A DNA stretch of 64,000 nucleotides from Negaprion brevirostris. Its lineage: Eukaryota. A program made the translations under genes and the position numbers. The stretch covers positions 33,389,478 to 33,453,477 of the forward strand of contig JARDVH010000115.1 in assembly GCA_030324005.1 (NCBI GenBank), written 5' to 3'. Below are positions 39,431 through 51,921 of the stretch, piece by piece. Below the pieces are notes generated by a model, which worked only from the letters and a program-made list of their open reading frames with translations, did no database searches and was not told the DNA's origin. Numbering within the stretch: position 1 is the stretch's first letter; each line of letters opens with the position of its first letter.

Positions 39431-39760
39431 AGCACAGTGTTTAACACTGCTGCCTCACAGCACCAGGGATCGATTCCAGCCTTGGCTGACTGTCTGTCTG
39501 CACATTCTACTAGCGTCTGCATGGGTTTCCTCTGGGTTCTCTGGTTTCCTCCCGCAGTCCAAAGATGAGCAGGTTAGGTGGATTGGCCATGCTAACTTGC
39601 CCCTTAAATGACCCAAGAAGTATAGGTTAGGGGGAATTAGCTGGGTAAATACATGGGGTTACGGAGATAGGGCCTGGGTAAGATGCTCTGTCGGAGAGTT
39701 GGTACAGATTCAATGGGCCAAATGGCCTCCTTCTGCACTGCAGAGATTCTGTGATTCTAT
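39431..39760 (+). mobile_element. V-SINE, tail A
   Basis: V-core and gattctgtgattctat tail. Confidence 0.85.
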
Positions 39761-40649
39761 CAATTTAAATTCTGTTGGCTAAAAACGGCACCTGATATTT
39801 CACGAACATCTGACATAACCACATAAAAATGGTCAGTCACTAGATTTTACAGCATAAGCAAACTGCTGCAGAGAATGCAAATCCCAAAGATGCATTTTAA
39901 CACCCTCTCCAACACTCGGAGCTACGTCCCTTTATATTTCAAANNNNNNNNNNNNNNNNNNNNNNNNNNNNNNNNNNNNNNNNNNNNNNNNNNNNNNNNN
40001 NNNNNNNNNNNNNNNNNNNNNNNNNNNNNNNNNNNNNNNNNNNNNNNNNNNNNNNNNNNNNNNNNNNNNNNNNNNNNNNNNNNNNNNNNNNNNNNNNNNN
40101 NNNNNNNNNNNNAGGAAATGAATGGCCTCCAGATGGTACCCTGTCACATGGATGTAATACTGCACTCTAGCCACTCTGTGGCACAGCACGTTAGAACATC
40201 AATGCACTCCATCAATGCCATCGCGCAAATATTAAAACGTAACTTCATATTGACTAACGGTTTGATTATTTTTTAAAAATAAGTGCGATGAGTTTAGACG
40301 GTCTCAAATTAGGTCCCAGCAATTTCACAGCTTTGTGGTAAAGGGTCAGAATCCCCAGGCCCAAGTACAAGAAGCAGTTTCAGGCTTTTTAAACGCTGCT
40401 GTTAGGGCGGTCTGTAATTATTAATACAGTACTATTCAGCAACAAAAAGATTTGTCATTACAGGAAGAGAGTTAATTCTCGAGGGCACCTTCATTCACAA
40501 GCAGCGCAGTCGATACACTATTCCTTCAATCACAGCCAGATGTCCCACCACTACTTTAATGTCGTGAGTCAACTGTAAAAATGAAGAATGTGCATGAACA
40601 GCAGTTATTCCTTGGAAGCAATTCCTCTACTGAACCTACTCATTCTTAG

Positions 40650-40658
40650 GTGTGTGTG

Positions 40659-40720
<62 letters not shown>
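40650..40720. repeat. (TG)n microsatellite
   Basis: Direct inspection. Confidence 0.95.
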
Positions 40721-40722
<2 letters not shown>

Positions 40723-42779
40723 TGAGTGAAGCACCCCAGACATTCTCTCTTCCACCTTCTTCCGTCGGGAAAAGATACAAAAGTCTGAAAACATGCGCCA
40801 ATCAACTCAAAAACAGCTTCTTCCCTGTTGTCATCAGACTTTTGAATGAACCGACCTTGAACTATGTTGATCTTGCTCTACACCCTGGTTATGACTGTAA
40901 CATTCTGCACTCTCTCCTTTTCTTCCCTATGAACGGTATGCTTTGCCTTTATGGCACACCAGAAACAATATTTTTCACTGTATACTAGTCATAAATTAAA
41001 TCCAAATACTGACAAGAAGCGTATTTATTATTTATCCCTCTCAGACCTGAGATGATGATGGGTCTTCATACAACTGAGTTGCTTGCTAGGCCATGTCTGA
41101 GGGCAATGAAACGTCAGCCATGTTAGTGTGAAACTGGAGTCATTGACAAGCCAGACAGGGTGAGGACAGCAGATTTCCTTTCTTAATAAGGGCACGAGTG
41201 GCCTCTGGGCTTTTATTGACCATCCAACTGATTTCTGGTCATTTTTGTTGATATCAACTTTTTAAAATCAGTAAATCCGTCGAAAAAAAGCAGAATTAAA
41301 ATCCTCAAACCGCACTGCAGATTTGACCTTGCATTTAATGTAATACAAGTTCTGCACCACCATAACACCATTATTTAGAGGATGTACCAAGGGAAGGCAA
41401 GGCATTTCCTCTAGGGAAAGCTGTATGGATATGGAGCAGTCTGGCAGCAGGTGGATTGGCCACGCTATATTGTCCCTTGGTGTCCCAAGGGATGAAAGCT
41501 CGGGGGATTAGCAGGGCAAATACATAGAGTTATGAGGTGGGGTAGGGCCTGGGTGGAATGCTCTGTTGGAAAGTCAATGCAAACTTGATGGACCGAATGA
41601 CCTCTGCCTGCACTGTAGGGACTCCAGGTGTTTCCCCTGCACAAATTCCAAAAGCTGGCACTGGCATTGGTTTGGGAACTGTTAGAAACACCTCCTCAGT
41701 TGGTTTAGTCAATGATGTAATGAAAAGATAAGTTATTGCAACTTACTGATGGGGATGAAGGTAGACATAGAAAGATATGACTTGCATTTATACAGCAGCT
41801 TCATGACTAGAGGATGGCCCAGCACGCTTGACAGACAAGTATGTTTTTGGGGGACTGTAGTCACTATTGTAACACACTAGTCATGGGCAGGGAAGAGAAA
41901 GTAATTGAAAATGTGGACAGAAAGTAAGTGTGCACACAAAAACACACTGATGGGAAACCAAAGAAATTAAAACATCAAGAAATATATATCGATTGGAAAC
42001 TAGAAACATCACTTGACTCTATGTTTGCGCAATTTATTTTTCATGTTGTTCAGATATTGATTTTTCAAATGCGTAGTTAATAATGCAGCTAAGGACTGGG
42101 AAATTCTGCAATGCTGCTCAGAATAAATATAGCAATTAGAAGGTTATTTTTCTTAGAGATTGGGCAATGTTTTTAAAGACATAATCCTGTGTCAAATGAC
42201 AAATTTATAACCACTGCTTATTAATTTGATTTAATTAAGATCATACATCAAGTGCTTCAGTCTACAAAGATACATCGGAAATAATTTCCAGGATAAAGGC
42301 AAAAAATGCAGGAAGTGAACAAGTTATTCATCATCTGTACAGAGAAACGACAAGTTTACAGGAGCATAATAACTCAGTTTCTAAGTTTGATCTTTCAAAC
42401 TGATACGGACCAAGAATAGGGTGAAAATTCAACAAGGTTTTTCAGTTTTTGAAGTGTAATCCAATCACTGATGTAATGAAAAAATAAGTTATCACAACTT
42501 ACTGATAGGGATGGAAATAGATATAGAAAGATATGACTTGCATTTATACAGCAGCTTCATGACTAGAGGGTGGCCCAGCACGCTTAACAGCCAATTAAGT
42601 ATGGTTTTGAACTGTAGTCACTGTTATAACACAGTAGTCATTTTTTGCACAGCAAGGTCACGCAAGTAATAAACGTATTCGTGACCGGAAAACCTGTTCT
42701 ATTTTAACCATTAAGTAATCGGTCTTCCTCAAAACAGAGCCATGGGATATTTTATGTCCATCCGAGAAACAGGATATAT

Positions 42780-43410
42780 CCATTGCCCCTTGAGATTCAA
42801 TGGAATTACCATCACTGAATACCCCACTATTAACACCCTGGACGTTACCAGTAACCAGAAACTGACTGGACCAGCCATGTAAATACTGTGGTGATAAGAG
42901 CAGGGCAGAGACATGGAGTTCTGCGGCAAGTAACTCACCTCTGACTCTCCAAAGCCTGTCCACCATCTACAAGGCACAAGTCAGGAGTGAGATGGAATGC
43001 TCTTTACTTGCTTCATTGAGTGCAGCTCTAAGAATACATGATGCTCAATACCATCCGAGGACTTGACAAGACCCCATCCTTTACCTTCGATGTCCACTCC
43101 CTCCGCCACTGGTGCACAGTGGCAGCAGTGTGTACCATCTACAAAATGTGCTAGAGCTACTTGCCAAGTGTCCTTCGACAACGCCTTCCAAACCTGTACC
43201 TCATCCACTTGAAGGACAAAGGCAGCATATGCATGGAAACAGCAAATGCATGGAAACAGCATAAGACGCAAGCTGCCCTCTAAGTCACAGACTAGCCTGA
43301 CTTTGAATCATACTGCTGTTTCTTCAGTGTCACTGGGTATCCTTTTCTAACAGCACCCTGGGAGTACCTAGGCCACATGGACTGCAATGGTACAAGAAGC
43401 CACCCCGCCA
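42780..43410 (+). mobile_element. CR1/L2-group LINE 3' portion
   Basis: ccaaagcctgtccaccatctacaaggcacaagtcaggagtg; reverse complement of the 430-965 family. Confidence 0.8.
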
Positions 43411-45019
43411 CCAAATAGGGGTGTGTAACAAATGCGAACAAAGAATGATAAACAATGGACAGAGCCTCAGCTTAATATCTCGATCTATTAACAGCACCAC
43501 CAAAATGGGCAGCACCCAAAATGGGACATAAAAGGGCCTTCAATAACTCCAGGAATGTTTTGCTTGTCTTAGTAGTGGAAAGATTATGGTCAATTTTTGT
43601 TTAAGTGAAATCTCCAATTACAATAGCAGTCATCAACTCACCATATCACCCATATGTTTGTTATGTTCTCTCATCCCACAGTTCCAGATTAAGGAACTTT
43701 TTGGGAGCATGACCACGTTTAACCTGTCTTAATTAAGTAAACACATTTAACAATTAGGATTTAAAGTCCACATTGTGTAGATTTTTTTAAAAATTGTTCG
43801 TCCCACGTTTATTGTGTCGTTCACAGCTTTGCTTTCGGTCATGCACTATAGGAAATTACCTTCCTCATGATGACAGGATTTCAGTGTTTCCAAATTAAGA
43901 GAGTGGGCAAAGAAGTGGCAGATGGAATACAATGTGGAAAAGTGTGAGGTTATGCACTTTGGAAGGAGAAATGGAGGCATAGACTATTTNNNNNNNNNNN
44001 NNNNNNNNNNNNNNNNNNNNNNNNNNNNNNNNNNNNNNNNNNNNNNNNNNNNNNNNNNNNNNNNNNNNNNNNNNNNNNNNNNNNNNNNNNNNNNNNNNNN
44101 NNNNNNNNNNNNNNNNNNNNNNNNNNNNNNNNNNNNNNNNNNNNNNNNNNNNNNNNNNNNNNNNNNNNNNNNNNNNNNNNNNNNNNNNNNNNNNNNNNNN
44201 NNNNNNNNNNNNNNNNNNNNNNNNNNNNNNNNNNNNNNNNNNNNNNNNNNNNNNNNNNNNNNNNNNNNNNNNNNNNNNNNNNNNNNNNNNNNNNNNNNNN
44301 NNNNNNNNNNNNNNNNNNNNNNNNNNNNNNNNNNNNNNNNNNNNNNNNNNNNNNNNNNNNNNNNNNNNNNNNNNNNNNNNNNNNNNNNNNNNNNNNNNNN
44401 NNNNNNNNNNNNNNNNNNNNNNNNNNNNNNNNNNNNNNNNNNNNNNNNNNNNNNNNNNNNNNNNNNNNNNNNNNNNNNNNNNNNNNNNNNNNNNNNNNNN
44501 NNNNNNNNNNNNNNNNNNNNNNNNNNNNNNNNNNNNNNNNNNNNNNNNNNNNNNNNNNNNNNNNNNNNNNNNNNNNNNNNNNNNNNNNNNNNNNNNNNNN
44601 NNNNNNNNNNNNNNNNNNNNNNNNNNNNNNNNNNNNNNNNNNNNNNNNNNNNNNNNNNNNNNNNNNNNNNNNNNNNNNNNNNNNNNNNNNNNNNNNNNNN
44701 NNNNNNNNNNNNNNNNNNNNNNNNNNNNNNNNNNNNNNNNNNNNNNNNNNNNNNNNNNNNNNNNNNNNNNNNNNNNNNNNNNNNNNNNNNNNNNNNNNNN
44801 NNNNNNNNNNNNNNNNNNNNNNNNNNNNNNNNNNNNNNNNNNNNNNNNNNNNNNNNNNNNNNNNNNNNNNNNNNNNNNNNNNNNNNNNNNNNNNNNNNNN
44901 NNNNNNNNNNNNNNNNNNNCGAGGCCAACGGAGAATGCCAATCTGCGAGCCCCGCCCACCCCGATTCCAGGGCAGGCGTAAAATTCCAGCTTATGCGCAC
45001 ACATTTTATATACCATTTA

Positions 45020-45889
45020 TGTAACAAAGCCAAGACCTCAAGATATTTTTTATAAAACCTATATACCTATCCTCATGGCTAATTTATAAAATTTTAAAAC
45101 CGGACAAAGACTTTAAAAAAAAAGAGGAACTTTCTGGCAGTAACATAGAAGCTAAAACCTCGTCATCTCCAAGAGATGATAATAACCCTGTGAGCTGTAG
45201 AAACCAAATTCAAACGGAATTATACAAAGGCCAGATACATTACCTAAACCAGGCCTGGTCAGAGACTACTAGCCTGCTAGGACAAAGGACCACTTTTGAG
45301 ACATTAACACTCTAAAGAATCCCAAGAAAGGAATATACATTTCCATCTAGCAAGCAGCAGTTCAGGATGAGGGCCAAGTCCTGATGAATGCCTGACTCCC
45401 ATTGTCTACAAGACTATTTCCTGTCTACGTGCCTATTCCATCATGGAGACCATCACTTCCAGCAAAGTGAATTATCCAGTATCAGTCTTCAATCTGCTGA
45501 CCTCTAAGAAGCAATACACCATTGGACTTTGCTTCTACACTCTGGACTCATGTCGAACAATAATTCTTTATTCAGTGGTCTTTGCCCTTTGAATCTTTCT
45601 TTCTCTACCTTTGCCTGCCCCACTCCCCACCAAAGCTCTTTTATTGCAAGGGGAAGAATAGGCACTGCTGTGAGGGTGTGAACGAACTAACCCACTAAGT
45701 TTGCCGTGGGGTTACTAATAAAAATTGGACAACAACAAAATTGAGGGGTTGGGAAATGCACCACCGCCTATTTAAGTTGGGGGGCGGGGGGGGGGGGGAA
45801 TTAAAAATCAAAACATCCTTTTGTTTATGGACAGTTGATGAGAGGAGAAATTGAGGCTGTTTAAATTAAACCCCCTCCTGTCCGTAACA
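45020..45889. mobile_element. Possible solo LTR
   Basis: TGTAAC... start and ...ccgtaaCA end; no TSD is recognisable. Confidence 0.35.
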
Positions 45890-46109
45890 CACACACACAC
45901 ACATACACACATAAATGTATATTTTAATATATGCGCATATAAAATCACTACAGTCTTTTTCAAACAACGTCTAGTTATATATTCCATTGATCGTAATCAT
46001 TCCTATGAAAAGATAAGTATTTGAGGAGGAGAGGAAAAGGTGAAGAAACAAAGAATTAAAATCATATAAACATTACCCTGATGCTTTCCTCTAAAAACAG
46101 GGAGCAAGT

Positions 46110-46790
46110 GGATGCTACAAATGATCTAAACTACTTGCAAAGCATAGCCAAGCTTTACGGGAGGGTTTATCAGCTACATTCCAGCAGCTGCTGAGCCACC
46201 TGCAGCAGTCTGGAACCCTTCTTTCGCAGGAGATGGTGCCAGCATTGTGTGGCACCCAGGCCCACACTGAGAGGGTGGTGTCCACAACAGGGTGAAGGGG
46301 TGAAGACATCTAAGCCATGTCTGATGATCTCCAAGACTTGACTCACTCTCTGATGTTCTGGCTGCGGTCCAGGAGCAGGCCCCAGTCACACACGGACATG
46401 ACGCAAGCTTGGGTGAGCATTGTTATAACACTCCAGAGCTTGGCCCACTCACCGAGAATTGACAGCATGGTTCAGACAACAGTGGACCCCAGAGTGGCAT
46501 TGCCAGGTGATGTTTAGTCATCTGGAGCTCACTCCAGCTCCCCCTCCATCCCATGGAGTAACCCGGAGGCCAGTGAGCACCCAAGGGAGCAGGAGGCACT
46601 GGAACCCATCCTGGAACCTCCCACCAGGGCGACTCTGGCAGTCTGCAGCCCTTCTGATTCTCCCCCTCTTGACACTGGAGCATTTCCTGGGGAGTGGGCA
46701 GACCAGAGTGTCATGGCATCACCTGTGACGCCCAAAAGTCAGATGGGGCTCTCCAATTTCAGGCTCTGCAGAGGATACTCCTGTCCTATT
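46110..46790 (+). mobile_element. Degenerate coding relic, possibly the Harbinger accessory (Myb/SANT-type) ORF C-terminus
   Basis: GC-rich codon-like stretch (..REGLSATFQQLLSHLQQSGTLLSQEMVPALCGTQAHTERVVS..) with stops; assignment from recalled shark repeats only. Confidence 0.3.
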
Positions 46791-48802
46791 TCTTATGTTC
46801 TTATGCTTGCCAAGCACAGCACAGCCCACAGAGCACAGAAAGCAAAAGGCCACCTCCACTTCTGATATGCAATCTGGGGGCATGTCTCGTAGGAGTGGGA
46901 GTGAATGTGAGATCGGGAAGATGGAGGACCACTGAGTTAGCATGGTGCAGCCACACATCATTACACCTGGGCAGCATGGTGACACAGTAGCACTGTTGCC
47001 AGGGACCTGGGTTCAATTCCCGGCTTGGNNNNNNNNNNNNNNNNNNNNNNNNNNNNNNNNNNNNNNNNNNNNNNNNNNNNNNNNNNNNNNNNNNNNNNNN
47101 NNNNNNNNNNNNNNNNNNNNNNNNNNNNCTTTCTCAGAACAGGGCTGCTGGTGGAGTTTCCCACTGTGGAACATGGGGATGGGAAGAGTATTGCTAAATC
47201 TCCAGCTCAATTCACACTGCCTCTGGGCAGACATCTGCCTCCTGTTATCTGCAGAGCAGAAGCATCTGTGCGGTGGAAAAACGCACACTTTCCCTCACCT
47301 ATTCTCTGACAATAGAACTGCAGCTGTGGAGGGGAAAGGCAAAGATAGAGGGAAGAACCGATATAGAAAAACAAACTTCAGAAATTCCCTCCCCACAAAC
47401 GAAGGGGCACAAAAAGCAGACAGAGTTGCTGAAAAGTAATTCCGCCCATTTTATCTAGAACCAGTGCTAAAAAAATCTCCCTTCTCCTGGAAAACAACCT
47501 CATCAAGATTTGTGAAACCGGGTGCAAGCATTTAAATAAATTTCGAATTACAATTCATGTGCTAAACACATTTAAACATGAACATTTCCAAAACGAATCT
47601 GAGTACATAAGCAGGTACATTAAAATTTTAACTAGGGTAAATTTATTGCAAGTCTTTTGAATCCACACAATAAACACAAATCGGAATATTCACAGATTTG
47701 TCATGTGTGCTCACACGTGTAAAGACTCAAAATCCACTCACGTATTTAATAATATTACCTACTACCACTAGCCAAATAGAATCTTCCAAACCAAGAAACC
47801 GCTCGTTGTGGAACACTTTCAAACATCTTATGTTGTTAGCAAGGAGGAAATAAAACTGATGAAACTAGCTCATATTTTTAAAATATATTAGTAGAGAACA
47901 ACGTTAATACCCACACAAAACTGCTGTATTATCATTGGCGTGCCCTGTGTAATCTTATTCTGAGGCAAAAGAAAAAAAATTCATTAAAATATTGCCTGCA
48001 CTCTGGTGGAAATAACATTTATTGAGGCATCTGATGGGTGCAGTTTCAAAATTAAAATGGCAACACATCTATAAGCTGACTAAGAAAGGTAGCACTGGGT
48101 TATTAGTACCAAGGGACTGTATCATGACAACTAATACATGATGGAATGGAAAATTACCTCGGTGTCTTTGAAAAGTATGGCCCAACTATTCAATATTAAA
48201 CTTTTAATTTAAGGCCAGTCATAACAAGACAAGGTTTATGCACAACCTTCTCCATGTTTATTTGTTGCGAGGTGGGCAAATGAAATGAACAGCATGAAAT
48301 AACCGGATTTAAAATTTACAAGATTAGCTTATTCTCATCATTAAAATCCAGTGATTTGACAGCCAACTATTTGGGGAATCCATGTCAAGCTGCTGTCAGA
48401 TTTCCCCATAAAGCCCAATGCTATGCCCTTGCTTTGTCATTCACATTGGTGAGGTGTGGCTCTGGACAAAACTGGATATCCCAATGCAACAACAAACAAC
48501 AAAATGCTTCCCCATGCACAGAAAAAAATGTAACCAGTTGAGCAACTGACACCTTCCATGATAATTAAAATTGCATTCCACACAACTATCACAAGGACAA
48601 CATGCAAGGTCCAAATCTTTGAGCAAAACTGTCTGATAATTTAAAATCGCTTCAACTGATTAGACACATCAAAAATAATACCCTATCCTGGATTGTTAAA
48701 AAAGAGGCTAGTGTCATCCAGAAGGACAAGAGGATTTTCTTTAAGAGTAATTGAACTCCAGCTAAAACCATCTCATTTTCATTTTATTTTTAAATTTATG
48801 TC

Positions 48803-49401
48803 AGGGCANNNNNNNNNNNNNNNNNNNNNNNNNNNNNNNNNNNNNNNNNNNNNNNNNNNNNNNNNNNNNNNNNNNNNNNNNNNNNNNNNNNNNNNNNNNN
48901 NNNNNNNNNNNNNNNNNNNNNNNNNNNNNNNNNNNNNNNNNNNNNNNNNNNNNNNNNNNNNNNNNNNNNNNNNNNNNNNNNNNNNNNNNNNNNNNNNNNN
49001 NNNNNNNNNNNNNNNNNNNNNNNNNNNNNNNNNNNNNNNNNNNNNNNNTAGGGATGTGGGGGTAGGGCCTGGGTGGGATTGTGTTCAGTGCAGCCTCAAT
49101 GGGCCGACGGGCCTGTTTCTGCACTGTAGGGTTCTATGATTCTATAAGTATATTGTATTAACACTGAAATGAAGTTACAGTGAAAATCCCCTAGTCGCCA
49201 CACTCCAGCGCCTGTTCGAGTACAGAGGGAGAATTTAGCATGGTCAATGCATTTAGCCAGCACATGTTTCGGACTGTGGGAGGAAACTGGAGCACCCGGA
49301 GGAAACCCACGCAGACACAGGAAGAACGTGCAGACTCCGCACAGACATTGACCCCAGATCCCTGGCGCTGTGAGGCAGGAGTACTAATCACTGTGCCTAC
49401 C
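48803..49401. mobile_element. Tail-to-tail V-SINE pair: tail A copy (+, gap-spanning, to 49146) and tail B copy (-, 49155-49401)
   Basis: Recognisable tails and core on either side of about 49150. Confidence 0.8.
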
Positions 49402-51569
49402 TGAACATAAAGACTCAATGCTAATTGGGAAATAGGCCACATTAGAAAAAAGATACAGTAATAGCAACTCTCACTTATTGACATGGCAAAATCTATCACT
49501 TGGAGCTCTGAAACAAATGTTTTTAAGCTACCACAGCAGATGCCTAACACTTCTGTTCCATCGTTGTCATTTTTTATCATGACACCCCAAGAAGGACTTC
49601 ATTTTGGGATAGCCGACATTGCAATAAGGTTCAAGTACGTCAACTACTCAGAAACAATACATTCTTTAATTAAAGTTACAATGCAATATTCGTATCTTTA
49701 GAAGGTAAGGAAAGAATGGAATGAAATATGCAGCAAAATGCATTGTTTTACTGTGTACAACTCTAGGCATAGTTTAGTTATCAGACATGTTTCTTTATTC
49801 ATTTTGTTTTCAAACCTGTCAGGTTTTAGCCCTGTTAAAAAATAAACTTCTTCCTCAGGAATACTCCAGGAAGGCTAGAACATGCTGATCGTGTGCCATA
49901 CCTGGTTCCTGATTTTAAAAAAATCCCTTTCTAGTCCCTCGTAACGACAATCACATCATGAACGGTTAAAGAAATAAGTAAATCAAGATAAACTGGAAGG
50001 CACACCAAAAGATGGGAAGAGAGAGAATGTTACAATTTCCAGAGAGACCATTAACTTCAAACCAAAAGGACGGCATGACAAAATTCTGAATTTTACGTCT
50101 TTTACTGTCACGGGCTAAAAGCACTATTGACTAAATACTATTTTTGTAGACATCTTATACTTTAAGCTACGGAATAAAAAGGTTCCCTTTTTACTGATAA
50201 TGCAACTACAAAACCCACATCGCAGATATACATTACATTGACCTTTAAGTAACAATTCAGTTTTCCAGGAACCAGTCCAAAGTGATTCTCTAGTGCAAGA
50301 GTTTACTTACATTCAAGGTACAAAAGTCTGAGGACACATACCAACCAACTCAAGAACAGCTTCTTCCCCGCTGCCATCAGACTTTTGAACGGACCTACCT
50401 CACATTAAGTTGATCTTTCTTTACACTCTAGTTATGACTGTAACACTACATCCTGCATTCTCTTGTTTTCTTCTCTATGAACGGTATGTTTTGCCTGTAT
50501 AGCGTGCAAGAAATAATGCTTTTCACTGTATACTAATACATGTGACAATAATAAATCAAATCAAATTACATTCCTTGCCTTTCCCAGTCTGATAACATAA
50601 GAACATAAGAAATAGGAGCAGGAGTAGGCCATCTAGCCCTTCGAGCCTGCCCCGCTATTCAATAAGATCNNNNNNNNNNNNNNNNNNNNNNNNNNNNNNN
50701 NNNNNNNNNNNNNNNNNNNNNNNNNNNNNNNNNNNNNNNNNNNNNNNNNNNNNNNNNNNNNNNNNNNNNGTAGGCCAGACCGGGTAAGGATGGCAGATTT
50801 GCTTCCCTAAAGGACATTCGTAAACTAGTTGGGTTTTTTTTTTTGACAATGGCTTCACAGTCATGAGTAGATTCTTAATTCCAGATATTTTGTATTGAAT
50901 TCAAATTCCACCATCTGCCGTGATGGATTCAAACCCAGATCCCCAGAGCATTAGCTGACATTCTAGATTCGTAATCTAGCAATAAAACCACTGGGCCATC
51001 GCTTCCCTTTACTTTCTGCCGGACTCTCAGAGCTGGAGTTTTACAACAGGATTGGGTGTATTTGAATCACATCAGTGACTGGAGTGTCTGCTGGAAGTAT
51101 AAAGGACAGGAAGGAAAGAGTGAGCTTAGCCCTGGCTCGCACCCAGGCCTGGGAAATGGTTCAGAGCTGGCCTGCTTTGCTGTCATTTTTTTCTTGGCTA
51201 CAGCTTTAGATAGTCACCGGGCCTTCTAAATAGAGCATGTGCCAAAATCCCAGGCGATAAGCTGCCAGGTGAATAATATTCAATCTGCTTCTCATTTGCC
51301 AAGCAGCCTGGCAGAACCTGATCAAATCGCTCAGCAAAAATGAACTGGGTTTTGGTGCAAAATGTGACAAAGAATCATAGAATCTTCACAGAAAAAGGCC
51401 ATTCGATCCTTTGTGCCTCTGCCAGCCCTCTGAAAAAGTCCCAGTCTCTTCCCTTTGATTTGATTTGTTATTGTCACATCTACTGGGACACAGTGAACAA
51501 TATTGTTTCTTGCTGCTATACAGATAAAGCATACCATTCATAGCGAAGGAAAGTAGAGAGTGCAGAAAT

Positions 51570-51847
51570 TTTATTTATTTATTAGTCACAAGTAAGGCTT
51601 ACATTAATACTGCAATGAAGTTACTGTGAAATTCCCCTAGTCGCCACAGTCCGGCACCTGTTCGGTCAATGCACCTAACCAGCACGTCTTTCAGAATGTG
51701 GGAGAAAACCGAAGCACCCAGAGGAAACCCACGCAGACACGGAGAACATACAAACTCCACACAGACAGTGGCCCAAGCCAGGTGTTGAACCCGGTTCCTT
51801 GGCACTGTGAAGCAGTAATGCTAACCACTGTGCTACCATGCTGCCCC
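51570..51847 (-). mobile_element. V-SINE, full length, tail B
   Basis: Head ggggcagcatggtagcacagtgg, B-box GGGTTCAACACC and (aataa)n tail. Confidence 0.9.
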
Positions 51848-51856
51848 AAGTATTAT

Positions 51857-51921
51857 CGCCCAACGTGGGGCACGACCCTGGGATTAAGAGTCCCATGCTC
51901 TACTGATTGAGCTAGCTGGGT
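51857..51921 (-). pseudogene. tRNA-Lys(CTT) pseudogene lacking the T-loop
   Basis: acccagctagctcaatcagtagagcatgggactCTTaatcccagggtcgtg[del GGTTCGAG]ccccacgttgggcg versus canonical vertebrate tRNA-Lys-CTT; no CCA. Confidence 0.9.

Noticed and set aside
43895-45055. Long ORFs (349-377 aa) and other X-rich ORFs
   Set aside because: Artefacts of translating through N-gaps.
51857-51921. Functional tRNA-Lys gene
   Set aside because: T-loop/B-box deleted, several substitutions and no terminator.
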